A DNA stretch of 64,000 nt from positions 2,419,973 through 2,483,972 of the forward strand of contig NZ_CP116346.1 in assembly GCF_030254645.1 (NCBI RefSeq). Direction: 5' to 3'. This DNA comes from Paucibacter sediminis (GTDB lineage: Bacteria; Pseudomonadota; Gammaproteobacteria; Burkholderiales; Burkholderiaceae_C). The position numbers were made by a program, and so were the translations under genes. Positions within the stretch are counted from its first letter, which is position 1, and each line of letters begins with the position of its first letter. The notes under the pieces are model-generated. The model worked only from the letters and a program-made list of their open reading frames with translations, was not told the origin of the DNA and did not search any database. Below are positions 19,244 through 28,107 of the stretch, piece by piece.

Positions 19244-20238
19244 AAAACGTCGCCCTCTTCGGCGCAGGCCGCATCGGCCGCATCCATGCCGCCAATCTCG
19301 CGGCCCTGCCGGGCATACGGCTGAAGACCGTCAGTGACCCGATGGCAGATTCGGCCCGTGAGGTTGCCGCCCTGCACGGTGCCGACGTGGCCCCCGATAT
19401 CGACGCGGTGTTTGCCGATGCAGCCATAGACGCGGTGGTGATCGCTTCGCCGACGACCACGCACAGCGACCTCATACTGCGCGCCGCCGCCGCGCGCAAG
19501 CACGTGTTCTGCGAGAAACCGGTGGACCTGTCGGTGGCGCGCGCCCAGGCCTGCGCGGATGCGATCGCCACCGCCAATGTCGCCTGCATGATTGGTTTCC
19601 AGCGCCGCTTCGACCCCACCTTCAATGAAGCCAAGGCGCGGGCGCAGCGGGGCGAGATCGGCACGCCGGAGATGCTGGTCATCACCAGCCGCGACCCCGG
19701 CGCGCCGCCGGTGGACTACATCAAGCAGTCGGGCGGCATCTTCCGCGACATGCTGATACATGACTTCGACGTGTTCCGCTGGATGCTGTGCGAGGAGGGC
19801 GATGAGGCGGTCTGGCTCAGCGCCACCGGCTCCTGCCTGACCGACCCGGCAATAGCCACCGCTGGCGACGTGGACAGCACCGCCGTTACCCTGCGCACGC
19901 GCAGCGGGCGCCTCTGCCAGATCAACACCAGCCGCCGCGCCGCCTACGGTTACGACCAGCGCTTCGAGCTACTCGGCTCCAAGGGCCTGCTCGCCTGCGG
20001 CAACCACCGGCCCACCGAGGTGCTGCAGATGGACGGCCAGGGCGTGCGCACCGATCTGCCGGAGAACTTCTTTCTGCAGCGCTACCGCGAGGCCTACCGG
20101 CTGGAGTTGGCGCATTTCTTCGGGCAACTGCAGGCGGGCAGGGCGGTTCGAACCACCATCGAGGATGGTGTCGCTGCGCAACGCTTGGCAGACGCCGCTG
20201 CCGAGTCCTTCGCGCAAGGGCAGCCCGTGTTGTTTTAG
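19240..20238 (+). CDS. iolG: Inositol 2-dehydrogenase (Gfo/Idh/MocA family)
   Basis: [17 protein letters not shown] Rossmann N-terminus, Gfo/Idh/MocA layout, ATG overlapping the MCP stop, AAGGAA RBS. Confidence 0.8.
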   Translation: MKNVALFGAGRIGRIHAANLAALPGIRLKTVSDPMADSAREVAALHGADVAPDIDAVFADAAIDAVVIASPTTTHSDLILRAAAARKHVFCEKPVDLSVARAQACADAIATANVACMIGFQRRFDPTFNEAKARAQRGEIGTPEMLVITSRDPGAPPVDYIKQSGGIFRDMLIHDFDVFRWMLCEEGDEAVWLSATGSCLTDPAIATAGDVDSTAVTLRTRSGRLCQINTSRRAAYGYDQRFELLGSKGLLACGNHRPTEVLQMDGQGVRTDLPENFFLQRYREAYRLELAHFFGQLQAGRAVRTTIEDGVAAQRLADAAAESFAQGQPVLF

Positions 20239-20466
20239 GTTATGGACAGTCGGCCTGCATCGGTAGCTGAGTCACAACCGTGACGCTCGGGCTAGCTTGA
20301 GCACGCGGAATGGCGCCCTGCAAGCTCCTAGCTGGCCCGTTTCAACTTCTCCGTCCGTTTCTGCGGCTTCAGTCTGGCGGGCTGAATTCTTGGTCGGCAA
20401 GAATGCCTGCAGGGATCGAGGCCCGACTACTGGCTGAACTGGGTCCAGTTGCTGAAAGGTGATCCC

Positions 20467-20521
20467 GTTGTTTACGACTTTGGGTTGGCGGGGTAACTGA
20501 TGCCTAACCCCTCCGTCAAAG
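20467..20521. repeat. Direct repeat copy 1 (25-bp perfect core GTTGTTTACGACTTTGGGTTGGCGG plus ~30 bp imperfect)
   Basis: Identical 25-mer recurs at 23517-23541 in the same orientation, with a similar 3' extension (CTGA.TGCCT.CCCC.GT). Confidence 0.8.
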
Positions 20522-20573
20522 AGACGTCTTGCGCCAGGGCGCAAGCCGCCCCTTGCGTCGAACGTTAGACCCC

Positions 20574-20834
20574 ATGAAATCCAACACGCGCAGGACGTTG
20601 CTTCATTGGCTGCTCGTCGCCGGGTTCGCAGGCAGCCTCTTTTGCGCCGCTCGTGGCGCGATGCTGGTGTACTCCCTGAATTCTGTTGGTGGCATTTCGA
20701 TCCTTCAATCGGCGAGCGCGGAGACAATCAGTGCACAAGCTGCCGGGTTTAGTCCAATACACCGGAAACAGATGGTCTGTTTCGCATTGTTCAGAGGCAG
20801 CACAGTGAGCTTGACCTCATGTATTCATCGCTAG
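20574..20834 (+). CDS. Hypothetical small membrane protein
   Basis: 86 aa (MKSNTRRTLLHWLLVAGFAGSLFCAA...). One or two TM segments. Inside the lower-GC islet. Weak support. Confidence 0.3.
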   Translation: MKSNTRRTLLHWLLVAGFAGSLFCAARGAMLVYSLNSVGGISILQSASAETISAQAAGFSPIHRKQMVCFALFRGSTVSLTSCIHR

Positions 20835-21071
20835 AAACAGCAAGCGAACTTAACTGGGAGCTAGCGATTTTTGGAACTGCCGGATTCACGTTGCTGTCGT
20901 GCCTGTTTTCCGTCTGCCTTGCCATTCAAGCGCGCGGAGTGGGGAGTCAGAACCATGTGGTCTAACCGGTCGGTCAAGGGGACACACAACGGCGGTCCTG
21001 GCCTGTCCGCCTATGCTAGCGCCGTGCCGCCGTCGCGTGCCACTTACCTCCAACGTTAAAGCGCCAGCCAC

Positions 21072-21614
21072 ATGCGGGAACTGCACCGGTCTTCACAAGT
21101 TGTCCTAGCCTTTGCGATCGGTGTCGGCCTGCTTTCTGCACTTCGCTATCTGGTTGGCGCGGGCGCGCTCTTAGTTGCTGCCTTGCTTGCGATCCTCGGT
21201 GTCCTTGCACTTACCTGGTCAGGTTGGCGCGCTGTGAGCTTTCGGACAGCCGAAACGACGAACTACTTCGTTGTCGCTGCAACTGTTTGGCTTGCTTGGG
21301 TCTTCGCACCGTTGGATACCGCTGGTGTCTATGTGAAGTTTTGGCTGGAGCGCCCGTCATACGACTCAGCGGCGCGGGAAGCTGCACGAGGCGTTCAGCC
21401 CCCCTGCGCAACCACAAAGGCCTGCATGTTCGAGGCTGGATCCGATGCGAACTTGGCTTTCCCTTGGGAGGGAATCATTGATAACTGGATTGGGGTTGTT
21501 CATGACCCCTCCGGTCGGATTGAAGATGTGGACTCGCACAAGGGAGCTTTTGGCGGAGATTTGGTAGGCTGCCAACACCTTAGCGGACCCTACTACCTGT
21601 GCAGCTTTACATGA
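21072..21614 (+). CDS. Hypothetical membrane protein (3 TM N-terminus + Cys-containing C-terminal domain)
   Basis: 180 aa. Codon usage is lower-GC than the flanks. No recognisable family. Confidence 0.45.
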   Translation: MRELHRSSQVVLAFAIGVGLLSALRYLVGAGALLVAALLAILGVLALTWSGWRAVSFRTAETTNYFVVAATVWLAWVFAPLDTAGVYVKFWLERPSYDSAAREAARGVQPPCATTKACMFEAGSDANLAFPWEGIIDNWIGVVHDPSGRIEDVDSHKGAFGGDLVGCQHLSGPYYLCSFT

Positions 21615-21694
21615 GCCGCTTTAACCATTTGCTCGATCCGACTCGCGTCGGCCAGCCGCCGCTCGCGGCTCAGCGTCACCGTTGAACAGCGGCA

Positions 21695-22048
21695 ATGCGG
21701 CCAGGCACAGCTTTCATTGCTGTAGGAATTCTGGGTGCACTCTACGGATGCGACGCGGGATGTGGGAACGATGTCACGTCAACCTTTGAATCGCCTGGAG
21801 GTGGTCACATCGCGGTGATTTTCAGTCGCAACTGCGGGGCAACTACTGGCTTCAATACGCAGCTATCTGTCTTGGCGCGAGCCGACGCGTCTTCCAGCGA
21901 AGCTGGAAACACTCTTATTGCCGATGGCAAGCTGCCGCTAAAGGTTCGCTGGGCTTCGGAGTCCGAGCTTGTGGTCACAGGCTATCAGGGCGCGCGGCAT
22001 TTTAAGCAGGAGAAGCTCGCCAACGGAGTGACGGTCACATATGAATGA
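21695..22048 (+). CDS. Hypothetical lipoprotein
   Basis: 117 aa with signal peptide and lipobox LYGC. Confidence 0.45.
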   Translation: MRPGTAFIAVGILGALYGCDAGCGNDVTSTFESPGGGHIAVIFSRNCGATTGFNTQLSVLARADASSSEAGNTLIADGKLPLKVRWASESELVVTGYQGARHFKQEKLANGVTVTYE

Positions 22049-22124
22049 AACGCTTCTGTTCAACCCTGCGCCCAAGCGGACCTGCGCCAGCTATGCTGGC
22101 TGGTCCGCTTAGCTAGATCGTTGA

Positions 22125-22536
22125 GTGTCCGCATTGGGGCTGCGAATTCGACAGTGTGACTGACTGCAATCGCTGCCAAGGCGCCCTTCAATTGGGGCTC
22201 AGATGTGTATTGCCAACGGGTTGAATCTGCCTTGATGCCGCTTGAATCTGGGAGAAGCCTGGCTCCGACTGATTTTATTTGGAGCGACTCGCTGAAGGTC
22301 GCAGATTTAAGGAGTTCCGACGGACTTTCCAGTTTCGCACCCGGTAGAAAAATCAATGACATACGCGCGTCAATCCCGACGGACCTTATTTGTTGGAGTC
22401 ACATTCTTTCTGTCTATTTAAAGCCGTAAATGGTCTGTCCACTAGTGGCGCTTAAGCAGCCTTCGCCATGGTGAGGTCAGCTTTGCAGCGATTGCAGTCA
22501 GTCACATTGTCGAATGCGCAGCCCCAATGCGGATAC
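22125..22536. repeat. 412-bp element bounded by 52-bp inverted repeats (MITE-like / long-stem RNA candidate)
   Basis: 22125-22176 (GTGTCCGCATTGGGGCTGCGAATTCGACAGTGTGACTGACTGCAATCGCTGC) is the reverse complement of 22485-22536 with 3 mismatches. The ~308-bp AT-richer core has no convincing ORF. Confidence 0.75.
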
Positions 22537-22545
22537 TCAACGTTC

Positions 22546-22565
22546 GAGCTGAGCTGAGCTGAGCT
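22546..22565. repeat. (GAGCT)x4 tandem microsatellite
   Basis: gagctgagctgagctgagct directly follows the right inverted repeat. Confidence 0.7.
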
Positions 22566-22607
22566 GCGCGCGGAGGATTGCCGACGCGATTCGGCTCGAG
22601 CGAGGGG

Positions 22608-23255
22608 TTAGGCAGCGTTCGGCGAGCTTGCAACATGACCAGGAGCGGTCTCCAAACCTTGTGTCATCCGACCTGCGTCTCGGATCAGGCGCTCCGCCGC
22701 AAGCTCCAGGAAGAAGAAGCCGAATCTAGGGTTCTGGTAGTACATCTGCCGGACCTCGTCGTAGGTGAGGAGCAGGAGCTGGCCGTCTTGGTCGCATACA
22801 ACGGTCTGCGTTCGCTTGTGCCCTTTCGTGATCAGCCCAAGCTCGCCGATAACTTCACCTTGCTTCAACACGATATCAGCCTCTACGGCGCGAAACCTTC
22901 CGCTGAGCACGAACATAAACTCCGCGGCCTCGTCGCCCTGCTTGAAGAGAGTCTCCCCGGCGTGAACGGCCTTGCGGCGCGAGAACGGTCTGAGCCAGTC
23001 CATGGACAGGTGCCCCGTGGAGGCCTCCTCAATCTGACGGGTCAGTTGCAGCAGCTGCCGCAGGCGCCAAAGGTTCAAGGGCAGCAGAGTCAAGTGCAGA
23101 AGCAGCACTGGGTAGACGCTGCCCATCGCACCATAGGTGACAAACGCTAGATTGGAGACAATTCCAGCCATGCGTAGGTGCAACATTGTCTTCATTGAGA
23201 AGGTCGTCAGCGTCAGCAGTGCGCCCAGATAGCCAAACATCTCCACCCATTGCAT
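22608..23255 (-). CDS. Membrane-anchored cyclic-nucleotide-binding (CAP_ED/cNMP) domain protein
   Basis: Start ATG 23255 with GGAGGGG RBS. Three N-terminal TM helices, then a cNMP-binding fold (FKQGDEAAEFMFVLSGRFRAV...GEVIGELGLITKGHKRTQTVVC). GC ~58% versus ~68% in the flanks. Confidence 0.7.
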   Translation of the reverse strand: MQWVEMFGYLGALLTLTTFSMKTMLHLRMAGIVSNLAFVTYGAMGSVYPVLLLHLTLLPLNLWRLRQLLQLTRQIEEASTGHLSMDWLRPFSRRKAVHAGETLFKQGDEAAEFMFVLSGRFRAVEADIVLKQGEVIGELGLITKGHKRTQTVVCDQDGQLLLLTYDEVRQMYYQNPRFGFFFLELAAERLIRDAGRMTQGLETAPGHVASSPNAA

Positions 23256-23516
23256 GTCCGCCCCTCCATGAGCACTGAAGGCCCTTGGGGGCCTGGAGGA
23301 ATACATTGTGCTCTGTGACAGACGGCCCCCAAGTTCTGTGAGAGCTAACGTTGACGCTGAGCAGCGCGCGGCGCCTGCCGGCGCTTCAACATTCGGGCGC
23401 CCATCCGAGCATGCAGCTTGCCACCCCAGCAAGGAAGGCCATGCAAATGCTGATAGCTTAAGCGGCGAGATGCGTCTATCCGTTGATCTGGAGTCGGCCG
23501 CAAAAGTGGCCGATTT

Positions 23517-23567
23517 GTTGTTTACGACTTTGGGTTGGCGGTGAGGCTGACTGCCTCCCCGTAAAGT
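23517..23567. repeat. Direct repeat copy 2
   Basis: Same 25-bp core as 20467-20491 plus a degenerate extension. Confidence 0.8.
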
Positions 23568-23759
23568 GCGTAAACACGGGCTGAGCATTTATGCAGGCTG
23601 GCGACCGAAATCCGATTTGCGGTGACGTCCAGGTCCCCGCCGTCGGCGTTCAACGCCTGAATTGGTGATTGCTCCAGTGGTTCCCGGTTGAATAGCTGTT
23701 CAGTTTGGTCAGCCGGTACCACCGAATGTGGGGCCACCGGTTGTCAACGTGACATCGTG

Positions 23760-26393
23760 TCAGGAGTCCGACGTACACGGCGCTTCTGCAGAGCCGAGAC
23801 AGAAGCGGTCCCGTCCTCCTGCCTTGGCGGCGTACAACAAGTCGTCCGCCCGTTTGCTGAGGTCGCGCGGCGTCAGCCCAGGCTCGCCGCGATAAAGCAC
23901 CACGCCGATGCTGGTGCTGACGTGGACGGACCGGTTCTCCAGCACAAACGGCGTGCGCATCGCCTCAACGATATTGCCTGCAATGGTGACGGCATCGGCC
24001 GGCGCGGACAGTTGCTCGACGATGACGGCGAACTCGTCGCCGCCGGGGCGGGCCACGATGTCGGCGCCGCGCAGGCTGCGCGACAGCCGGCCGGCGAAGC
24101 CGCGCAGCAGCAGGTCGCCGGCCAGGTGCCCCAGGCTGTCGTTCACCTGCTTGAAGCCGTCCAGGTCCAGCAGCAGCAGGGCCATCGTGCCGCCCACGCT
24201 TTGGCAGCGCTGCACGGCCTCATACGCGCGCTGCTCGAAGCCGGCACGGTTCAGGAGGCCGGTGAGGCTGTCGGACTGGCTCAGCTCGATCAGTCGGCGC
24301 TCCTCCTGCTTCTGCGCGGTGGTGTCCAGAATCATCGCCACAAAGCCCAGCACCTCGCGGCCGTCGTCGGCGAACTGGGGCAGGTAGCTGGCGCGGTAGC
24401 AGCGGTAGCCTTCGCGCGTGGTGATCTCGCTGTCGAAACTCACGGTCTCGCCGGCCAGCGCGCGTCGGATGTGCGGTGCGGCCTCGCCGTACGCGCCCGC
24501 GCCAATCACCTCGCGGACGGTGAGGCCCAGCAGCTCGTGGCGCGGCCGGCCAAAGGCGCGCTCGTAGGCCAGGTTGATGAAGCGATAGCGCTCGTCCGCG
24601 TCGACATAGGACACGCGCATGGGCAGTTGATCGGTGATGCTGCGCAGGCGCTGCTCGCTCTGACGCAACGCCTGTTCGGCACGGCGGCGCGGCGTGATAT
24701 CGCTGGCCAGGGCGTAGAAGCCGTCCACCGCACCGGCGGCGTCGCGCCTGGGTACCAAGGCGACGTGGATCCAGCGCTCCTCGGCCCGTCCCTGGATGTG
24801 GCGCTCGTAGCTCGCGGCTTCGCCGCGCAGTGCGGCTTCCATGGCCGGCCGCACCTCGGCCCAGGCCGCCTCGCCCAGCACCGAGGCCACGGTCTGCCCG
24901 AGCACGGCCTCCGGCGCGATGCCCAGCCAGTCCTGGTAGGTGCGGTTGGCAAAGCGGTAGCGGAATTCGCGGTCGTGATCGGCGATCAGCGCGGGCGCGC
25001 TGTCGGTGATGGCGCGCAGGCGCTCCTCGCTGGCCGCCAACCTGGCCTGGGCCTCGCGGCCCTCGGTCACGTCGCGCAGCAGCAGCTGCGACAACTGGCG
25101 GCCGCGCGCATCTCGGTAGCGTGCGGTCTGGACCTCCACCTCGAGGCGCCGGCCATCGCTGCGGCATAGCGTCAGCAGGCGCGGCTGGCCCGCCGGCTGT
25201 TGCAGGCATTCGGCAAGCGATGTGCCATTGCCATTGGGCAGTTGCGTGAGCGCCAAGCCAGGCGTGCCTGGCGGCTCTTTCGGCGCCAGCTCCAGCATCA
25301 GCCGCGCCATCGGGTTGAGCGCGGTCAGCCGGCCTTCCGGATCGACCACCACAATGCCTTCGCTGGCATGCTGGAACTGCGCCTGTTGCTGACGCTGGCT
25401 GGCCAGCAGCTCGGCCGCCAGGCCGCAGATCAGCACGCCGGTGCAGACCTGGGCGGTGACATAGCTCCACAGGGCCAGCAGCCCGGCGTGGGTGTCGTGT
25501 CCGGCAAACGGGCCGATGCCGCTGGCGGTGCCCCAGGCGGCCGTGCCCGACAGCAGCAACACCGCCAGCGAGGCCGCTAGCACGCCGGCACGCAGCGCCA
25601 GCACGGCCATCAGGAACAGCGGCAGGGCCAGCAAGGGAAAGGTCAAGGCCGTCGCGGGCGCCGTCCAGGGCGAGAAGGTCAGCAGCCCGCAGGCCAGCAC
25701 CAGGCCCAGCAAGGCCATGTTGAAGCGGCCGCGCCGGCCGGCAAAGCTGGTGCGCATGCTGGCGCGGGACATGGCGACCAGCGGAATACCGCCCAGCAGG
25801 GCCCCGACCGCATCGCCGGTCCACCAGGTGAGCCAGGCGGGCGCCCATTGGCCGGCCGACAGGAAGCCCGCCAAACGCAGCCAGACGCAGCCATTGCTGG
25901 CGGTGACCAGCATGCCCAGCGCCACGGCCAGCAGGTAATGTCCCAGGTCGGCGCGGCGCGTGAGTGCCGCGTCAAAGCCCAAGCGGCCGAGCAGTTTGGC
26001 GCTTAGCCAAGGGCCCAGCGCATTGCCCGCCGCGATACCGAGCGCCGCCCAGGCGGGCGTGCCGATCTGGTAATTGATCAGAAAGGCGGCCAGCAGCATG
26101 GTCGGCGCCATCGAGGTGCCCCAACGCAGATAAGCAGCCAGTGCGATACCGGTGGGCAGCCAGATCAGCGAGACATGCGATCCGATGTAGGGAATCAGCA
26201 GGCCCAAGCGCGCTGCCAGGTAGTAGGCGAGCGCGGCCGCGCCCATGCGCGCGAACTGGTGCGGGCCTGATGCCTGTGACGGCGCTTCGTATGGGGTGCT
26301 CGAGTACACGGCCAGCCCAGGCAATGGCACTGCGTTGGCACCAAACTGCTCCCATGACATCCTTGGCCTGATGGGTAACCGGCCGGACTCCAT
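23760..26393 (-). CDS. Sensor diguanylate cyclase: MASE1 - PAS - PAS - GGDEF
   Basis: Seven-TM MASE1-like N-terminus, two PAS/PAC regions, C-terminal GGDEF (GGDEFAVIV) and no EAL. The start is ambiguous: TTG 26726, ATG ~26393 (MESGRL) or ATG ~26360 (MSWEQF). Confidence 0.8.
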   Translation of the reverse strand: MESGRLPIRPRMSWEQFGANAVPLPGLAVYSSTPYEAPSQASGPHQFARMGAAALAYYLAARLGLLIPYIGSHVSLIWLPTGIALAAYLRWGTSMAPTMLLAAFLINYQIGTPAWAALGIAAGNALGPWLSAKLLGRLGFDAALTRRADLGHYLLAVALGMLVTASNGCVWLRLAGFLSAGQWAPAWLTWWTGDAVGALLGGIPLVAMSRASMRTSFAGRRGRFNMALLGLVLACGLLTFSPWTAPATALTFPLLALPLFLMAVLALRAGVLAASLAVLLLSGTAAWGTASGIGPFAGHDTHAGLLALWSYVTAQVCTGVLICGLAAELLASQRQQQAQFQHASEGIVVVDPEGRLTALNPMARLMLELAPKEPPGTPGLALTQLPNGNGTSLAECLQQPAGQPRLLTLCRSDGRRLEVEVQTARYRDARGRQLSQLLLRDVTEGREAQARLAASEERLRAITDSAPALIADHDREFRYRFANRTYQDWLGIAPEAVLGQTVASVLGEAAWAEVRPAMEAALRGEAASYERHIQGRAEERWIHVALVPRRDAAGAVDGFYALASDITPRRRAEQALRQSEQRLRSITDQLPMRVSYVDADERYRFINLAYERAFGRPRHELLGLTVREVIGAGAYGEAAPHIRRALAGETVSFDSEITTREGYRCYRASYLPQFADDGREVLGFVAMILDTTAQKQEERRLIELSQSDSLTGLLNRAGFEQRAYEAVQRCQSVGGTMALLLLDLDGFKQVNDSLGHLAGDLLLRGFAGRLSRSLRGADIVARPGGDEFAVIVEQLSAPADAVTIAGNIVEAMRTPFVLENRSVHVSTSIGVVLYRGEPGLTPRDLSKRADDLLYAAKAGGRDRFCLGSAEAPCTSDS

Positions 26394-26589
26394 CTTCGTC
26401 GTCCGTGCTGTCTGTTGCCTGACATTTGGGACGGACCGCGGGCTGAATATGTCGCTACGCTTGCGGATGCCGGACGCACCGGGCTGCGCGATGCTGTGAA
26501 GGCTGCCTGGGCGGTCAAGGGCATCGCTCCGGCCTGAGATGGCGAGGCCCTGTGGCGATTGGCGGTCTACCTTGATTGAGGAGTCGGCG

Positions 26590-27045
26590 ATGAAGTACAA
26601 ACTGCTCTCGTTTCTGTTTGCTGCCTTGCTGCTGTCCAACGCGAGCGCGCAGGTGCAAGGGGTGGTCGCCATGCCCAGCAAATTCTCGGTTGCTGAAACC
26701 ATCGACCGCGCCGAAGCCGCAGTCAAGGCAGCCAGCGGCTTTCAGATCTTTGCAAGAGTCGACTTTCAGGCCGTGGCGGCGACGCAGGGCGGCAAGGTGC
26801 GCCCCGCCCAGCTGTTGATCTTTGGCCGAGGCACGGTGCTCCCAGCCCTGCTGCCGCAGTACCCCGCCACTGCGATCGATCTTCCGCTCAAGATCGTTGC
26901 CTGGGAGGATGAAACGGGCAAGGTCATGCTGGCCTACAACACCGGCGAGTACCTGGCGCAACGGCATGGAGTCATGGGCAAGGACGACGTCCTCAAACGC
27001 ATCACCGACGCCACCGCCTCTTTTGCAAAGCTGGCGATTGAGTAG
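26590..27045 (+). CDS. DUF302-family periplasmic protein
   Basis: GAGGAG RBS, signal peptide MKYKLLSFLFAALLLSNASA, ~150 aa. Confidence 0.55.
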   Translation: MKYKLLSFLFAALLLSNASAQVQGVVAMPSKFSVAETIDRAEAAVKAASGFQIFARVDFQAVAATQGGKVRPAQLLIFGRGTVLPALLPQYPATAIDLPLKIVAWEDETGKVMLAYNTGEYLAQRHGVMGKDDVLKRITDATASFAKLAIE

Positions 27046-27235
27046 TGCCCGAGCCGGCTGCACACGCGCCCTAGCGAAAGCAGCGGACGCGCGCCGGTGA
27101 TCGCAGGATTGACGCTTTCCAACTCCGGTGCGCAGAATCAAAAAGAGAGCCCTCGGGTGAAGACTCTCGTCCGCATCGGTGGCGCGCCGATCCTGCGCTC
27201 TGTCCAACCATACGGCGCGAAGAGAGGTTTATCCT

Positions 27236-27880
27236 ATGTCTCCGACCAGGTTTCTTGGACTCAGGCCGCTCATCGTGGCCGCGATCACCGCGCTGGGTAC
27301 GACGAGTGCGCACGCGCTGATCTTGTGTGTGGATTCGGGCGGCAACCTGTCCGCCGGAACGACGTGCAAGAAGGGTTGGACGCCTCTGGATCCGGTTGCT
27401 ACGGGCCTTCAGGGGCCGATGGGTCCACAGGGTCCGCAAGGTCCGCAGGGGCCACAAGGGTTGACAGGGCCTCAAGGCAACGTCGGGCCCATGGGGCCGC
27501 AAGGTAGTCGGGGCCCCAGTGATGTCTACGCCGTCGACGGGGTATTCGCGCCGGATCTGCTGAACGACGTCATCACCAATGTCGTTTCCATCAACCTTCC
27601 CCCTGGAAGTTACCTCGTTGTCGGGCGCGTGATGGTGGAGAACGACGATGTTCAAAGCAGGGCGACATGGTGCCGCCTCAGCGAGCCAAGCTTCACCCTG
27701 GACAACGCCGGACCGGAATACCAGCGAACGCTGCCGGCGGGGACGATGGACAACATCAGCCTTCAGCACACGCTGGTTTTCTCGTCGGCAAGCACAGTGA
27801 CGATGCAATGCAAGTCCTATAACGCGAGAGTGTTCTTTCCCCGTCTCGCGGCCATTCAGGTGGGGGCCGTTCACAAGTAG
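27236..27880 (+). CDS. Collagen-like triple-helix repeat protein with C-terminal globular domain
   Basis: AGAGG RBS and a signal peptide. 13 consecutive G-X-Y triplets (GLQGPMGPQGPQGPQGPQGLTGPQGNVGPMGPQGSRGPS), then a ~120-aa beta-rich domain (BclA / phage-fibre-like architecture). Confidence 0.6.
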   Translation: MSPTRFLGLRPLIVAAITALGTTSAHALILCVDSGGNLSAGTTCKKGWTPLDPVATGLQGPMGPQGPQGPQGPQGLTGPQGNVGPMGPQGSRGPSDVYAVDGVFAPDLLNDVITNVVSINLPPGSYLVVGRVMVENDDVQSRATWCRLSEPSFTLDNAGPEYQRTLPAGTMDNISLQHTLVFSSASTVTMQCKSYNARVFFPRLAAIQVGAVHK

Positions 27881-28107
27881 GAAACGGCGTGGCGCAGCGG
27901 GAGCGCCTGAGCTCTTCCGCTGACCTGGCCGACCAGGGGCGCACGTTGAAGGACCGATAGCCTCTGGAGGGCAATCAATGCAGTCAGGCTGACGCTGGCG
28001 TCGCGGCAGCGAACGGCAGTTGTGCAGCGATGGCAGCCTGAGCCCGACTAACTCTATGGGCTGCTCTCGGCCAGGCGCGGCCGTTCAACAACGACAGTGC
28101 GCATGCT

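Noticed and set aside
20240-23760. Looked for an integrase, transposase or IS element to explain the direct-repeat-flanked islet
   Set aside because: No ORF with recombinase, DDE or HUH motifs was found in or near the islet. The mechanism of insertion remains open.
24220-25848. 542-aa minus-strand ORF in an alternate frame of the GGDEF gene, and 23688..25169 plus-strand ORF
   Set aside because: MASE1, PAS and GGDEF motifs are all in the 23760..26726 frame. The others are overlapping shadows.
26350-26650. Apparent 1-nt disagreement between my position count of the printed sequence and ORF-track coordinates (e.g. ATG counted at 26538 vs track 26539; extra G near 26641 relative to the track's reading frames)
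   Set aside because: It cannot be resolved without tools and may be my counting error. ORF-track coordinates were used wherever available, and positions I counted myself are given as +/-1 nt.
27071-27874. 267-aa minus-strand ORF over the collagen-like gene
   Set aside because: The plus strand carries a perfect (G-X-Y)13 run plus signal peptide. The minus frame has no features.
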